DNA of 41,533 nucleotides, from positions 1 through 41,533 of IMG/VR virus record IMGVR_UViG_3300045988_141214. One strand, written 5' to 3'. This document shows, in pieces, positions 14,595 to 20,985 of the stretch. How positions within the stretch are numbered: position 1 is the first letter of the stretch; every line of letters starts with the position of its first letter. This stretch comes from a virus. Both the position numbers and the translations under genes were made by a program. The notes under the pieces are model-generated. The model ran no database searches. It was given only the letters and a program-made list of their open reading frames with translations, and had not been told where the DNA came from.

Positions 14595-15797
14595 ATGCCA
14601 CGGAAAACGCGCGCCTCATGGGGCAGCAACAAACCCGCCCGCCGCAAGGGATACCGCACCCTGCGCTACTGGGCGGACCTGCACGACGGGCGCGGTTACA
14701 TGCGCCATACGATGACGGTGGAGGGAAGCAAGCGCGACGGGGACCGCAAGCTCGCTGAGCTGCGATTGCTCCATGGCGAGGACAAGCCGGTGCCGACCAT
14801 AGAACAGGCCTGGGATTCATGGATTCTGCCCGAATACAACGCGATGCACCAGAGCTACCTCGAGAACCCGCGCCCGAGCAAGCGCGGAAGCCGAGAGAGC
14901 GTGAAGACGAGCACGTACGACCAGGTTATGTCCACATGGAGGGTCCACGTCGGCCCGCGTTGGGGCGACGTATATGCGGACGCCGTAAAATACAGCGACA
15001 TTCAGGAATGGCTCGACGGTATGACGGAGCAGGTCGGGAAACGCGCGCTATCGCAGCTGTCGCTCATACTGGACAAGTGCATGATTAACGAGTTTATCGA
15101 CAAGAACGTCGCGTCATACAAGTACCGCATGCCGACCAAGGCGAAGAAGCATGACGACGGCGGCGTGTGGTCGCTCGAGGAAATTCATTCGGAGATCCTG
15201 CCCGCAGTTAAGGGCAGGCCATGTGAGGCGGCTGTCATTCTATCGGCGATAGCCGGATGCAGGACGGGAGAGGCAGCCGCGCCGATGCTGTCCGAGGTGT
15301 ACAAGATGGAAGTAAACGGCATGACCTTCGCTTGCGCCGACATACCCAGGCAGGTGGACAACGAGGGAATCATATCGAGCGAGAACGACCTAAAGAACGT
15401 GTGGAGCCCGAGGTCCGTCGTAGTTCCTCCGCCGTGGAGCATACGTCTGCTCGAGATCAGGGACGAACTTGAGGCGAACGGGCTGCAATGGCTCAGCGAC
15501 AAGGGAACTTGTGAGCCGATGAGTCAGAGGACGATTCGCCGAGACTTCAACAAGTGCTTGAAGAAGGCCGAAGTGGAGCCACGTCAGTTCCGCGCGCTTC
15601 GCCGCTCCTGGCGTACATGGATCTCGAGCAAGGGAATCAACGACAAGATTCTCGAGAAGATGATGGGCCATTCTGACGGCACGACAACGGGCCGCTACTA
15701 CCTCAAAGCGGACGCAAAAATCATCGTTGAAGAGATGGCGAGAGCGCACGATTGGGGTGAGTTGGCGACCCGTTTAAATGACATTAGGGACAAATAG
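14595..15797 (+). CDS. int: tyrosine integrase
   Basis: The ATG at 14595 has GGAGG 10 nt upstream; the track start at 14532 is a TTG. The C-terminal catalytic region reads ...FRALRRSWRTWISS...MMGHSDGTTTGRYYL (R, H..R, H, Y pattern). It is adjacent to the repressor module. Confidence 0.85.
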   Translation: MPRKTRASWGSNKPARRKGYRTLRYWADLHDGRGYMRHTMTVEGSKRDGDRKLAELRLLHGEDKPVPTIEQAWDSWILPEYNAMHQSYLENPRPSKRGSRESVKTSTYDQVMSTWRVHVGPRWGDVYADAVKYSDIQEWLDGMTEQVGKRALSQLSLILDKCMINEFIDKNVASYKYRMPTKAKKHDDGGVWSLEEIHSEILPAVKGRPCEAAVILSAIAGCRTGEAAAPMLSEVYKMEVNGMTFACADIPRQVDNEGIISSENDLKNVWSPRSVVVPPPWSIRLLEIRDELEANGLQWLSDKGTCEPMSQRTIRRDFNKCLKKAEVEPRQFRALRRSWRTWISSKGINDKILEKMMGHSDGTTTGRYYLKADAKIIVEEMARAHDWGELATRLNDIRDK

Positions 15798-15978
15798 GGA
15801 CACAGAGCGTTTATGCAAGCCTTCTACCAGCGGAAATGCTGATATGACTAGATCTCCATGTTTTGAAAGATAAGCAACTGTAAACCTCCTAAGAGTCTGT
15901 AGCTCGGGTTATACATTCTAACAGACCGATAAGATTCACAAGAACATACATTAGGGACACACTTGGGACACAGAAGCG
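15781..15978 (+). repeat. Candidate attP: two ~30-bp imperfect direct repeats flanking an AT-rich 138-bp segment
   Basis: ACATTAGGGACAAATAGGGACACAGAGCG (15781-15809, overlapping the int stop) and ACATTAGGGACACACTTGGGACACAGAAGCG (15948-15978). Together they carry four (T/A)GGGACA submotifs. Confidence 0.5.
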
Positions 15979-16015
15979 CCCCGCCACGAGGGGCACCGAG
16001 ACCAAGGAGCAACCC

Positions 16016-16174
16016 ATGACCATACCCGAGATGACCGAGGCCATAGAGGGCGCGTCCGCCGTCCTGTCCGACATGTCCGCAGAGCATCCAGACCCCAGGC
16101 TCGCGCTCGTGATCGCCGCGCTCGGGGCCTGCGCGGAATCGCTCGACCGCTTGTGGGAGAACGAGAGCCGTTAA
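16016..16174 (+). CDS. small hypothetical protein (52 aa, below cutoff)
   Basis: AAGGAG lies 6 nt upstream of the ATG at 16016. Translation gives MTIPEMTEAIEGASAVLSDMSAEHPDPRLALVIAALGACAESLDRLWENESR. A hairpin follows. Confidence 0.45.
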   Translation: MTIPEMTEAIEGASAVLSDMSAEHPDPRLALVIAALGACAESLDRLWENESR

Positions 16175-16184
16175 ACGGAAAAGC

Positions 16185-16215
16185 CCCCTCCACCACCATG
16201 ACGGCAGTGGAGGGG
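16185..16215. terminator. hairpin between convergent genes (bidirectional terminator candidate)
   Basis: CCCCTCCAC (16185-16193) pairs with GTGGAGGGG (16207-16215), a 9-bp stem with a 13-nt loop. It sits between the + ORF ending at 16174 and the - lysis genes ending at 16221. Confidence 0.45.
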
Positions 16216-16220
16216 CAACC

Positions 16221-16298
16221 TTACTTGAGACGGGCTATCAGGTAGCTCGCCAGCGCGACGGCGCACAGCGAGCAGATGATGATGACGCCGCCCGCCAT
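16221..16298 (-). CDS. 25-aa single-TM peptide at the end of the lysis cassette
   Basis: MAGGVIIICSLCAVALASYLIARLK. Its ATG overlaps the endolysin TGA (TGATG), and GAGGG lies 9 nt upstream. Confidence 0.35.
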   Translation of the reverse strand: MAGGVIIICSLCAVALASYLIARLK

Positions 16299-17254
16299 CA
16301 GAAGCGGCCCTCGTTGAGCGCGCGCTGCATGGCCTTGACGGTCAGGGAGCCCGCGTCGAGCTTGCCGTCCTCCACCTTCGCGCCGCTCTCGGCCTTGAAG
16401 TGGCGGATCATGGCGTTGATGGTGTCGGGGCCGATGAAGCCATCGACGGGGACACCGCAGGCGCGCTGGATCGCGCCGATGGTCTGCGAGCCCGGCTGCT
16501 CGCCCCAGGGCGCGGAGAACTCCCAGCCGCCCGTGCAGGCCTTTAGGCGGTGCTTGTGCTGCGGGTTCTGGCGGGAAATCTTGCCGTCCTTGAACGGGCA
16601 GCCGAGCACCTCCTGGATGCGGCGCGTGGTGGCCTCGCCCCAGTAGCCGTCCACGGCAAGGCCATGCGGCTCGGGCGCGGGCTGCGGGGCGGGCGCGGGC
16701 TGGGGTGCCGGGGCGGGCGCGGGCTGGGGTGCCGGGGCGGACGCGCCGATGCCGAAGCAGGCGAGGATGCCCTTTGCGAGCTCGTCCATCTGCGTCTCGA
16801 ACTTGGCGGCGTCCCCTGCGTCGGAGATGAAGCCGCACTCAACCAAGCGGTAGTTCACGCCAGCGCGGGCGGCTCGGTTGACGTTGGCGAGGTCGGAGCG
16901 ACCGACGATGGTCTTGGAGCGACCTGGGAAGAACCCGCCGATGAACGCCGCCAGGGCGTTGTCTACGGCGTCGGGGCTGAAGCCGTCCTTGATGATGACG
17001 TGGCCGCCCTTGGCACCCGCGCCCGCGCTGTCCATGTGCAGCTCGATGACGGGGACGCCCTTGGGGCAGTGGCCGCGACCGATGCCGTTGTCCTTGTACC
17101 AGTTGCGGGAAGTGTCGCCGACCTGCACCTCGGAGCCGCCGAGGGCCTGCATGCGGGCGGCGAGCTTGCGGACCTGGTCCGCCTCGCGGAAGCCGTTGGC
17201 GCATGCGCCGGGGTCGCCAGCGCCGTGGCCGCAGATCACGAATACCTTAGCCAT
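16298..17254 (-). CDS. endolysin: N-acetylmuramoyl-L-alanine amidase (Amidase_3-like) plus PAPQ linker plus two PG-binding-like repeats
   Basis: 318-aa ORF. The N-terminal domain has VFVICGHGAGDPGA...ELHMDS...ECGFISD. The C-terminus has two xVDGxxGxxT motifs (LAVDGYWGEATTRRIQ, VPVDGFIGPDTINAMI). Confidence 0.85.
   Translation of the reverse strand: MAKVFVICGHGAGDPGACANGFREADQVRKLAARMQALGGSEVQVGDTSRNWYKDNGIGRGHCPKGVPVIELHMDSAGAGAKGGHVIIKDGFSPDAVDNALAAFIGGFFPGRSKTIVGRSDLANVNRAARAGVNYRLVECGFISDAGDAAKFETQMDELAKGILACFGIGASAPAPQPAPAPAPQPAPAPQPAPEPHGLAVDGYWGEATTRRIQEVLGCPFKDGKISRQNPQHKHRLKACTGGWEFSAPWGEQPGSQTIGAIQRACGVPVDGFIGPDTINAMIRHFKAESGAKVEDGKLDAGSLTVKAMQRALNEGRF
16673..16738. repeat. GC-rich tandem repeat encoding the endolysin Pro/Ala/Gln linker
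   Basis: The 24-bp unit GGGCGCGGGCTGGGGTGCCGGGGC occurs at 16691-16714 and 16715-16738, preceded by an 18-bp partial copy at 16673-16690. Confidence 0.9.
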
Positions 17255-17546
17255 TGTTGGCCTCCTTGTTGACGTTGCCCTTGAGCTCGGTGCGCTCGAG
17301 GGCGGACTTGCTGTCGGAGATGCCGCTGGTGGTCGGGTCGGTGATGCAGGCCCAGACGGACGTGAGCATCGAGACGACCACGACGGGGTTGCAGAGCGCG
17401 GCGGCGATGGTGGAGCCGAGGGCTGCCCACGTGGTCATGTCGGACCACTCAGCGCCCATGCCGACGATGAGCGGCATTACGACGGCGCAGGCGAGCTGCG
17501 CGAGAAAGACGGGGTTCTTGAAGCGGACCTTCCAGTTGATTTGCAT
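17247..17546 (-). CDS. holin, phi-LC3 / Phage_holin_1 family
   Basis: 99-aa ORF. The N-terminus MQINWKVRFKNPVFLAQLACAVVMPL is the family signature (INWKVR.KN..F). It has several TM segments and lies immediately upstream of the endolysin. Confidence 0.85.
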   Translation of the reverse strand: MQINWKVRFKNPVFLAQLACAVVMPLIVGMGAEWSDMTTWAALGSTIAAALCNPVVVVSMLTSVWACITDPTTSGISDSKSALERTELKGNVNKEANNG

Positions 17547-17556
17547 TCGGTTCTCC

Positions 17557-17898
17557 TTAGATGTCGTCTGGCGCGTCCACGTGGGCGCGCATGATCTCCT
17601 CCCAGAGCTGGGTGCCGGTCCCGTTGCCGCCGAGGCTGTGGTAGGCCTGGTACACGGACGTGGCCTGCTCCTTGATGCGGACGGGGCACGGCCCGCCCGA
17701 CACGACGTAATCGCGGTGGTAGTCGATGAGCTGCTGGCGCAGCAGCGCCCTCATGCCCATCTCCATCGCGTCGTCGTGCGCCCTGCGGTCGCTCCGCTCG
17801 TCGCGCTCGCGGCGCATCTGCGAGCCGAGCCACCCGACGAGGGCGGCGAGCACTGCGGTGACGAGGTAGTTGGCGGCGGTGCCGATCAAGTTGTCCAT
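17557..17898 (-). CDS. lysis-module membrane protein (N-terminal TM)
   Basis: 113-aa ORF with the TM segment NYLVTAVLAALVGWLG followed by a charged helix. GGAGGTGA is the RBS. It is the first gene of the lysis cassette. Confidence 0.55.
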   Translation of the reverse strand: MDNLIGTAANYLVTAVLAALVGWLGSQMRRERDERSDRRAHDDAMEMGMRALLRQQLIDYHRDYVVSGGPCPVRIKEQATSVYQAYHSLGGNGTGTQLWEEIMRAHVDAPDDI

Positions 17899-18013
17899 TG
17901 GCGTAAATCACCTCCCGCCTTCTCCTAGGCGCGATGAAACGACCGCCCTCCCCCGCTACGGGCGCGAGGTCGCGGCATGAAGAAGCGGCCCCCGAGGGAG
18001 CCGCCGTACGCGG

Positions 18014-18067
18014 AAAATCCCAGACCGTTCCGCCCTGAAATGCGGGGATACGGTCTGGGATTTTTTT
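18014..18067 (+). terminator. strong intrinsic-terminator-like hairpin just upstream of the recombinase gene
   Basis: ATCCCAGACCGT (18017-18028) pairs with ACGGTCTGGGAT (18050-18061), a 12-bp stem with an inner CCGC/GCGG extension. It is followed by T7 (18061-18067) on the + strand and preceded by A4, so the - strand reads it with a T4 tract. Confidence 0.6.
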
Positions 18068-18085
18068 CGTTGAAAGGACTATGAG

Positions 18086-18967
18086 ATGCTGTTTGAAACC
18101 GCCATCGAGATGTACATGGCCGACCGCGCCAAGCGCCTTCGCGCCACCACACTCGAGGGCTACGAGAGCGCCATCCGCAAGCACATCGCCCCGGCGTGGA
18201 CGGGGCGCGAGGTCGAGTCGATCACGCACGAGGAGCTGCAATCGTGGGTGGACTCCATCGAGCTTCCCGGCGCGGCCGACAAGGCATTCAAGACCTTCCG
18301 CCAGATCTACCGCTGGACGATCCGCAAGCACCAGCTGCGCATCTGGGACGTGACGCAGGGCATCGAGCTGCCGAAGCACAGACCGGAGAAGCGCGCCCGC
18401 ATGACCCCGGAGGAGCTGCGCGAGATGCTGCGCGCCATCGAGGGGACCGTCGTGGAGGCGGTCGGCATCGCCATCGCGGCGCTCGGCCTACGGCCCTCGG
18501 AGGGAGCGGGGCTCGACTGGTCGGACATCGACTGGCGCACGGGGTGGACGCACATCCAGCGCGGCGCGCACACGGTTAAGGGCGGCGCCGTCGTGGAGTA
18601 CGCGTGCAAGACGGAGCTGTCCGACAGATGGCTCAAGCTGCCGCGATGGGCGCTCGCTCAGCTCCGCAGACTGCGAGGAAACCGCAGGTCGGGCAGGCTG
18701 CGCGGGGAACTCTCCCCGAAGTGCATCTACTCGCGCCTCAAGCGCATATTCGTGCGGATCGGCCTGCCGGAGATCTCGGTGCAGGCCCTGCGGCACACGT
18801 GGGCGACCATCGCCATCGAGGCCGGGGCGGCGCTCGCGGACGTGGCGGTCGCGCTCGGCCACACGAGCGTGGAGATGTGCAGGCGCCACTACCTGCTGAG
18901 CACGAGGGCGGTGGTTGAGCGAGCGCAGGCCGCCTTCTCGGGGGCGGTGGTTCCGCTGTTGGCGTGA
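18086..18967 (+). CDS. XerC/D-like tyrosine recombinase; candidate shufflon invertase
   Basis: 293-aa ORF with an N-terminal SAM-like domain. The catalytic pattern is GLRPSEG (R), ALRHTWAT (H-x-x-R type box) and LGHTSVEMCRRHY (H...Y). Its TGA is immediately followed by the first recombination-site repeat. Confidence 0.85.
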   Translation: MLFETAIEMYMADRAKRLRATTLEGYESAIRKHIAPAWTGREVESITHEELQSWVDSIELPGAADKAFKTFRQIYRWTIRKHQLRIWDVTQGIELPKHRPEKRARMTPEELREMLRAIEGTVVEAVGIAIAALGLRPSEGAGLDWSDIDWRTGWTHIQRGAHTVKGGAVVEYACKTELSDRWLKLPRWALAQLRRLRGNRRSGRLRGELSPKCIYSRLKRIFVRIGLPEISVQALRHTWATIAIEAGAALADVAVALGHTSVEMCRRHYLLSTRAVVERAQAAFSGAVVPLLA

Positions 18968-18980
18968 TTCCGTAGACCAG
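18968..18980 (+). repeat. recombination-site repeat 1 (TTCCGTAGACCAG)
   Basis: It is identical over 13 nt to site 4 and shares the 7-nt core TTCCGTA with sites 2, 3 and 5. Confidence 0.8.
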
Positions 18981-19118
18981 ATGCCGTTGAAGAACGACAG
19001 CATCAAGAAGTTGGTGTTCCAGATTTACAAGTCAGGGAGCACAAGCTATTTCCAAGCCGGTGCCAGCCTCCCAGAAGGCGGGACGAAAACAATCAACATC
19101 GACACTTGGACGAATTAG
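18969..19118 (+). other. silent tail-fibre tip cassette A (49 codons plus TAG)
   Basis: From TCC GTA the frame reads SVDQMPLKNDSIKKLVFQIYKSGSTSYFQAGASLPEGGTKTINIDTWTN*. It has no start codon or RBS of its own. Confidence 0.7.
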
Positions 19119-19120
19119 TC

Positions 19121-19131
19121 TTCCGTATCCC
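19121..19131 (+). repeat. recombination-site repeat 2 (TTCCGTATCCC)
   Basis: It is an 11-nt identity with site 3 and with the reverse complement of 20037-20047. It starts 2 nt after the cassette A TAG (19116-19118); the in-frame TCC GTA codons start 3 nt after it. Confidence 0.8.
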
Positions 19132-19313
19132 TTTCCGCGCGGCGCGAGGGGGCGGCCGATGCGTTCGTGGGGGCCAACAAGACCGCCGGGCACTGCGTTG
19201 ACGTTATGGCGCAAAGCTCGCTCGGCAGATACATCCTGTTCGCGACCGTCGACTCACTCGAGCTGTGGGACGGGGCTAAGAACACGAAAGTTTGGCGCCT
19301 CAACACTAAATAG
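19122..19313 (+). other. silent tail-fibre tip cassette B (63 codons plus TAG)
   Basis: SVSLSARREGAADAFVGANKTAGHCVDVMAQSSLGRYILFATVDSLELWDGAKNTKVWRLNTK*. It has no start codon or RBS. Confidence 0.7.
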
Positions 19314-19315
19314 CC

Positions 19316-19326
19316 TTCCGTATCCC
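19316..19326 (+). repeat. recombination-site repeat 3 (TTCCGTATCCC)
   Basis: It is identical to site 2 and starts 2 nt after the cassette B TAG (19311-19313); the in-frame TCC GTA codons start 3 nt after it. Confidence 0.8.
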
Positions 19327-19511
19327 GACTGTCTTTCGACGGCATCAATGGCGTCGAGTTTGTCAACGCACTTCGCTCCGGCTATCCGGGCATAGCATTT
19401 CAGATCGCGGATGGTAAGACGTATCTGCTCTACACGACGGCGGACGGTCTTGTCCTCTACGATCGCAATGAGGCAAGAGCGGTCGGCAGCATCCAGTGGA
19501 ACAAGGCCTAG
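19317..19511 (+). other. silent tail-fibre tip cassette C (64 codons plus TAG)
   Basis: SVSRLSFDGINGVEFVNALRSGYPGIAFQIADGKTYLLYTTADGLVLYDRNEARAVGSIQWNKA*. It resembles cassette B (G[KR]xY[IL]L[FY]xTxDxLxL[YW]D). Confidence 0.7.
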
Positions 19512-19513
19512 CT

Positions 19514-19526
19514 TTCCGTAGACCAG
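19514..19526 (+). repeat. recombination-site repeat 4 (TTCCGTAGACCAG)
   Basis: It is identical to site 1 and starts 2 nt after the cassette C TAG (19509-19511); the in-frame TCC GTA codons start 3 nt after it. Confidence 0.8.
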
Positions 19527-19760
19527 CTCCCCTTCGTTGCAAGATACGGTTCCCAAAGCTCTCTGGACGACCTCAAATACGGGCTGGTACCCTTCGACAG
19601 CAGTACGCCGGGCGCCACCTCTTCGCAGTACGGCATCGTGCTCGCGTATATGACCGAATCCGAGGCATGGGTCTACCAGGTGGCGTTCTCGACAAACGGC
19701 AAGGTCCACAAGCGCCGCAAGATCAACGCGGCTGGCTGGACGGAATGGGAGCTGCTATAG
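19515..19760 (+). other. silent tail-fibre tip cassette D (81 codons plus TAG)
   Basis: SVDQLPFVARYGSQSSLDDLKYGLVPFDSSTPGATSSQYGIVLAYMTESEAWVYQVAFSTNGKVHKRRKINAAGWTEWELL*. It resembles the expressed tip (S[DS]QYG...; W near the C-terminus). It lies tail-to-tail with the expressed gene end at 19780. Confidence 0.7.
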
Positions 19761-19779
19761 GAGGCTTCCGGTCTCGACG

Positions 19780-20310
19780 CTACTCCTTTATCCACGAGCC
19801 GCCCGACAGCTTCCAAGACGCGAACCCCCTGGAATAACCGAACTCGATGAAGGCGCCGTATTGGTCAGAGTGCTTGTACGCGATTCCGCACATCGCCTGG
19901 CCATTCGAATCGGCCACGGTCCACAGGATTGTGGGCGTGAACGTCTTGATGGAGGGCCACGTCCTCGTGAGCATCAGGTCCGTGGTCTCCGATTGGGACT
20001 GCCAGAGCGCCCGCTTCGATTCGATATTTCCGATTTGGGATACGGAATCCCGGAGCGCATTGACTGCGGCGGTCAGGTCGGCCACGCCCTGCTCGAGTCG
20101 GTTCAGCTCGGCCGCCGTGACGGGGGTGCCGCCGCCGCTGCCGTCATTCCACGTCTTCTTGGCGAAGCTCACGGCACTCGCGAGCGTGCCGGCGGTGTAG
20201 CCCAGCTCCGGGATGACGGTCGGCACGTCCATGAGGCCAGGGGCCTCGGGCACGACGGACATTCCGGGGTCGATCTCGGGGGTCTGCTCGATGATGGTCT
20301 CTTCTGCCAT
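19780..20310 (-). CDS. tail fibre / receptor-binding tip protein carrying the expressed variable C-terminus
   Basis: The start is trimmed to the ATG at 20310, with AGGAGA 7 nt upstream. The 176-aa product has a constant part ...GTPVTAAELNRLEQGVADLTAAVNALRDSV, and the switch point lies at the inverted site. Confidence 0.75.
   Translation of the reverse strand: MAEETIIEQTPEIDPGMSVVPEAPGLMDVPTVIPELGYTAGTLASAVSFAKKTWNDGSGGGTPVTAAELNRLEQGVADLTAAVNALRDSVSQIGNIESKRALWQSQSETTDLMLTRTWPSIKTFTPTILWTVADSNGQAMCGIAYKHSDQYGAFIEFGYSRGFASWKLSGGSWIKE
20037..20051 (-). repeat. recombination-site repeat 5, inverted, inside the expressed fibre gene (GGGATTCCGTATCCC on the - strand)
   Basis: The + strand reads gggatacggaatccc. 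The - strand encodes R-D-S-V-S-Q in the fibre frame. TCC GTA (Ser-Val) is in the same codon phase as in all four cassettes. Confidence 0.85.
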
Positions 20311-20324
20311 TTTCGGTCTCCTGT

Positions 20325-20936
20325 CTAGACGGTGAACTTGCTCCACTCGCCCGTGGGTGCGGGGAACGTCGTGGATTGCGGGTAGGTCGTCGCGGACGGG
20401 TACAGCGCCGCGCCCTGCTTGGCGGAGTCCCAGCGGTTGATGCTCCTGACCGCCGTTCCCGCCGTCTCCACCCACATGCCGCCGTCCACGCGGTCGGCGT
20501 AGGGCGGCTCGGACTGCTGGATGAAGTAGGGCTTGGTCAGGCGCGCTGCGGCGTTGGCCTGGGCCGCCGCCGCTTTGGCCGCGTTCGCCTGCGTGTTCGC
20601 GTTTGCAGCGTTGGCGTTCGCGGACTGCGCGGCAGACGATGCCGAGAGCGCGGCGGTGTTCGCGGCCTTTGTTGCGGCGTCGCGCTCGGCGTCCTTGGCT
20701 GCGCGCTCAGCCTCATTTGATTGGCGGATTGCCTCGTTAGTGCCGCGCTCTAGCTCAGACTCCTTGCGCGCATTCTCGTTGGCGACGCGAGCCGCCTCGG
20801 CCTTGCCGTCCGCACCCGCGATCATGTACGTCTGTTTTCCGCCGTCGCTCTGGTTGACCTCGATGCCCCAGACCTCGCCGTCGAACGTCACGTCCGATGG
20901 CGCGCGCACGAGGAACTTGTCTTCAGAACCTGCCAT
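20325..20936 (-). CDS. tail fibre-like protein with an Ala/Asn-rich coiled coil
   Basis: The start is trimmed to the ATG at 20936, with GGAG 7 nt upstream; the track start at 20996 is a TTG. A central low-complexity A/N/Q coiled coil is typical of fibre shafts. Confidence 0.6.
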   Translation of the reverse strand: MAGSEDKFLVRAPSDVTFDGEVWGIEVNQSDGGKQTYMIAGADGKAEAARVANENARKESELERGTNEAIRQSNEAERAAKDAERDAATKAANTAALSASSAAQSANANAANANTQANAAKAAAAQANAAARLTKPYFIQQSEPPYADRVDGGMWVETAGTAVRSINRWDSAKQGAALYPSATTYPQSTTFPAPTGEWSKFTV

Positions 20937-20985
20937 CAAATGCTCCAATCTCGTTGTGAGCGAATGGTATTGCCGGGTTCCCCCG

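Noticed and set aside
17477-18379. 300-aa - strand ORF spanning the lysis-module start, the terminator hairpin and the recombinase 5' end.
   Set aside because: Its composition is Arg/Pro/Ala-rich. It crosses an obvious intergenic hairpin and overlaps two well-supported genes on both strands.
19254-19709. 151-aa - strand ORF within the cassette region. The + strand ORFs 19060-19395 and 19496-19837 were considered with it.
   Set aside because: It is antisense or out of frame relative to the cassettes. The cassette phase is fixed by the shared TCC GTA site, and the cassettes show paralogy to one another. These ORFs ignore the repeat boundaries.
19763-19775. CTTCCGGTCTCGA, just after the cassette D stop, as a sixth recombination site.
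   Set aside because: It matches only CTTCCG of the core and both arms differ. It may be a vestige, and it is too degenerate to call.
18968-20310. A diversity-generating retroelement as the fibre-variation mechanism.
   Set aside because: There is no reverse transcriptase gene and no template/variable repeat pair with A-specific mismatches. The repeats are short exact sites in inverted orientation next to a tyrosine recombinase gene.
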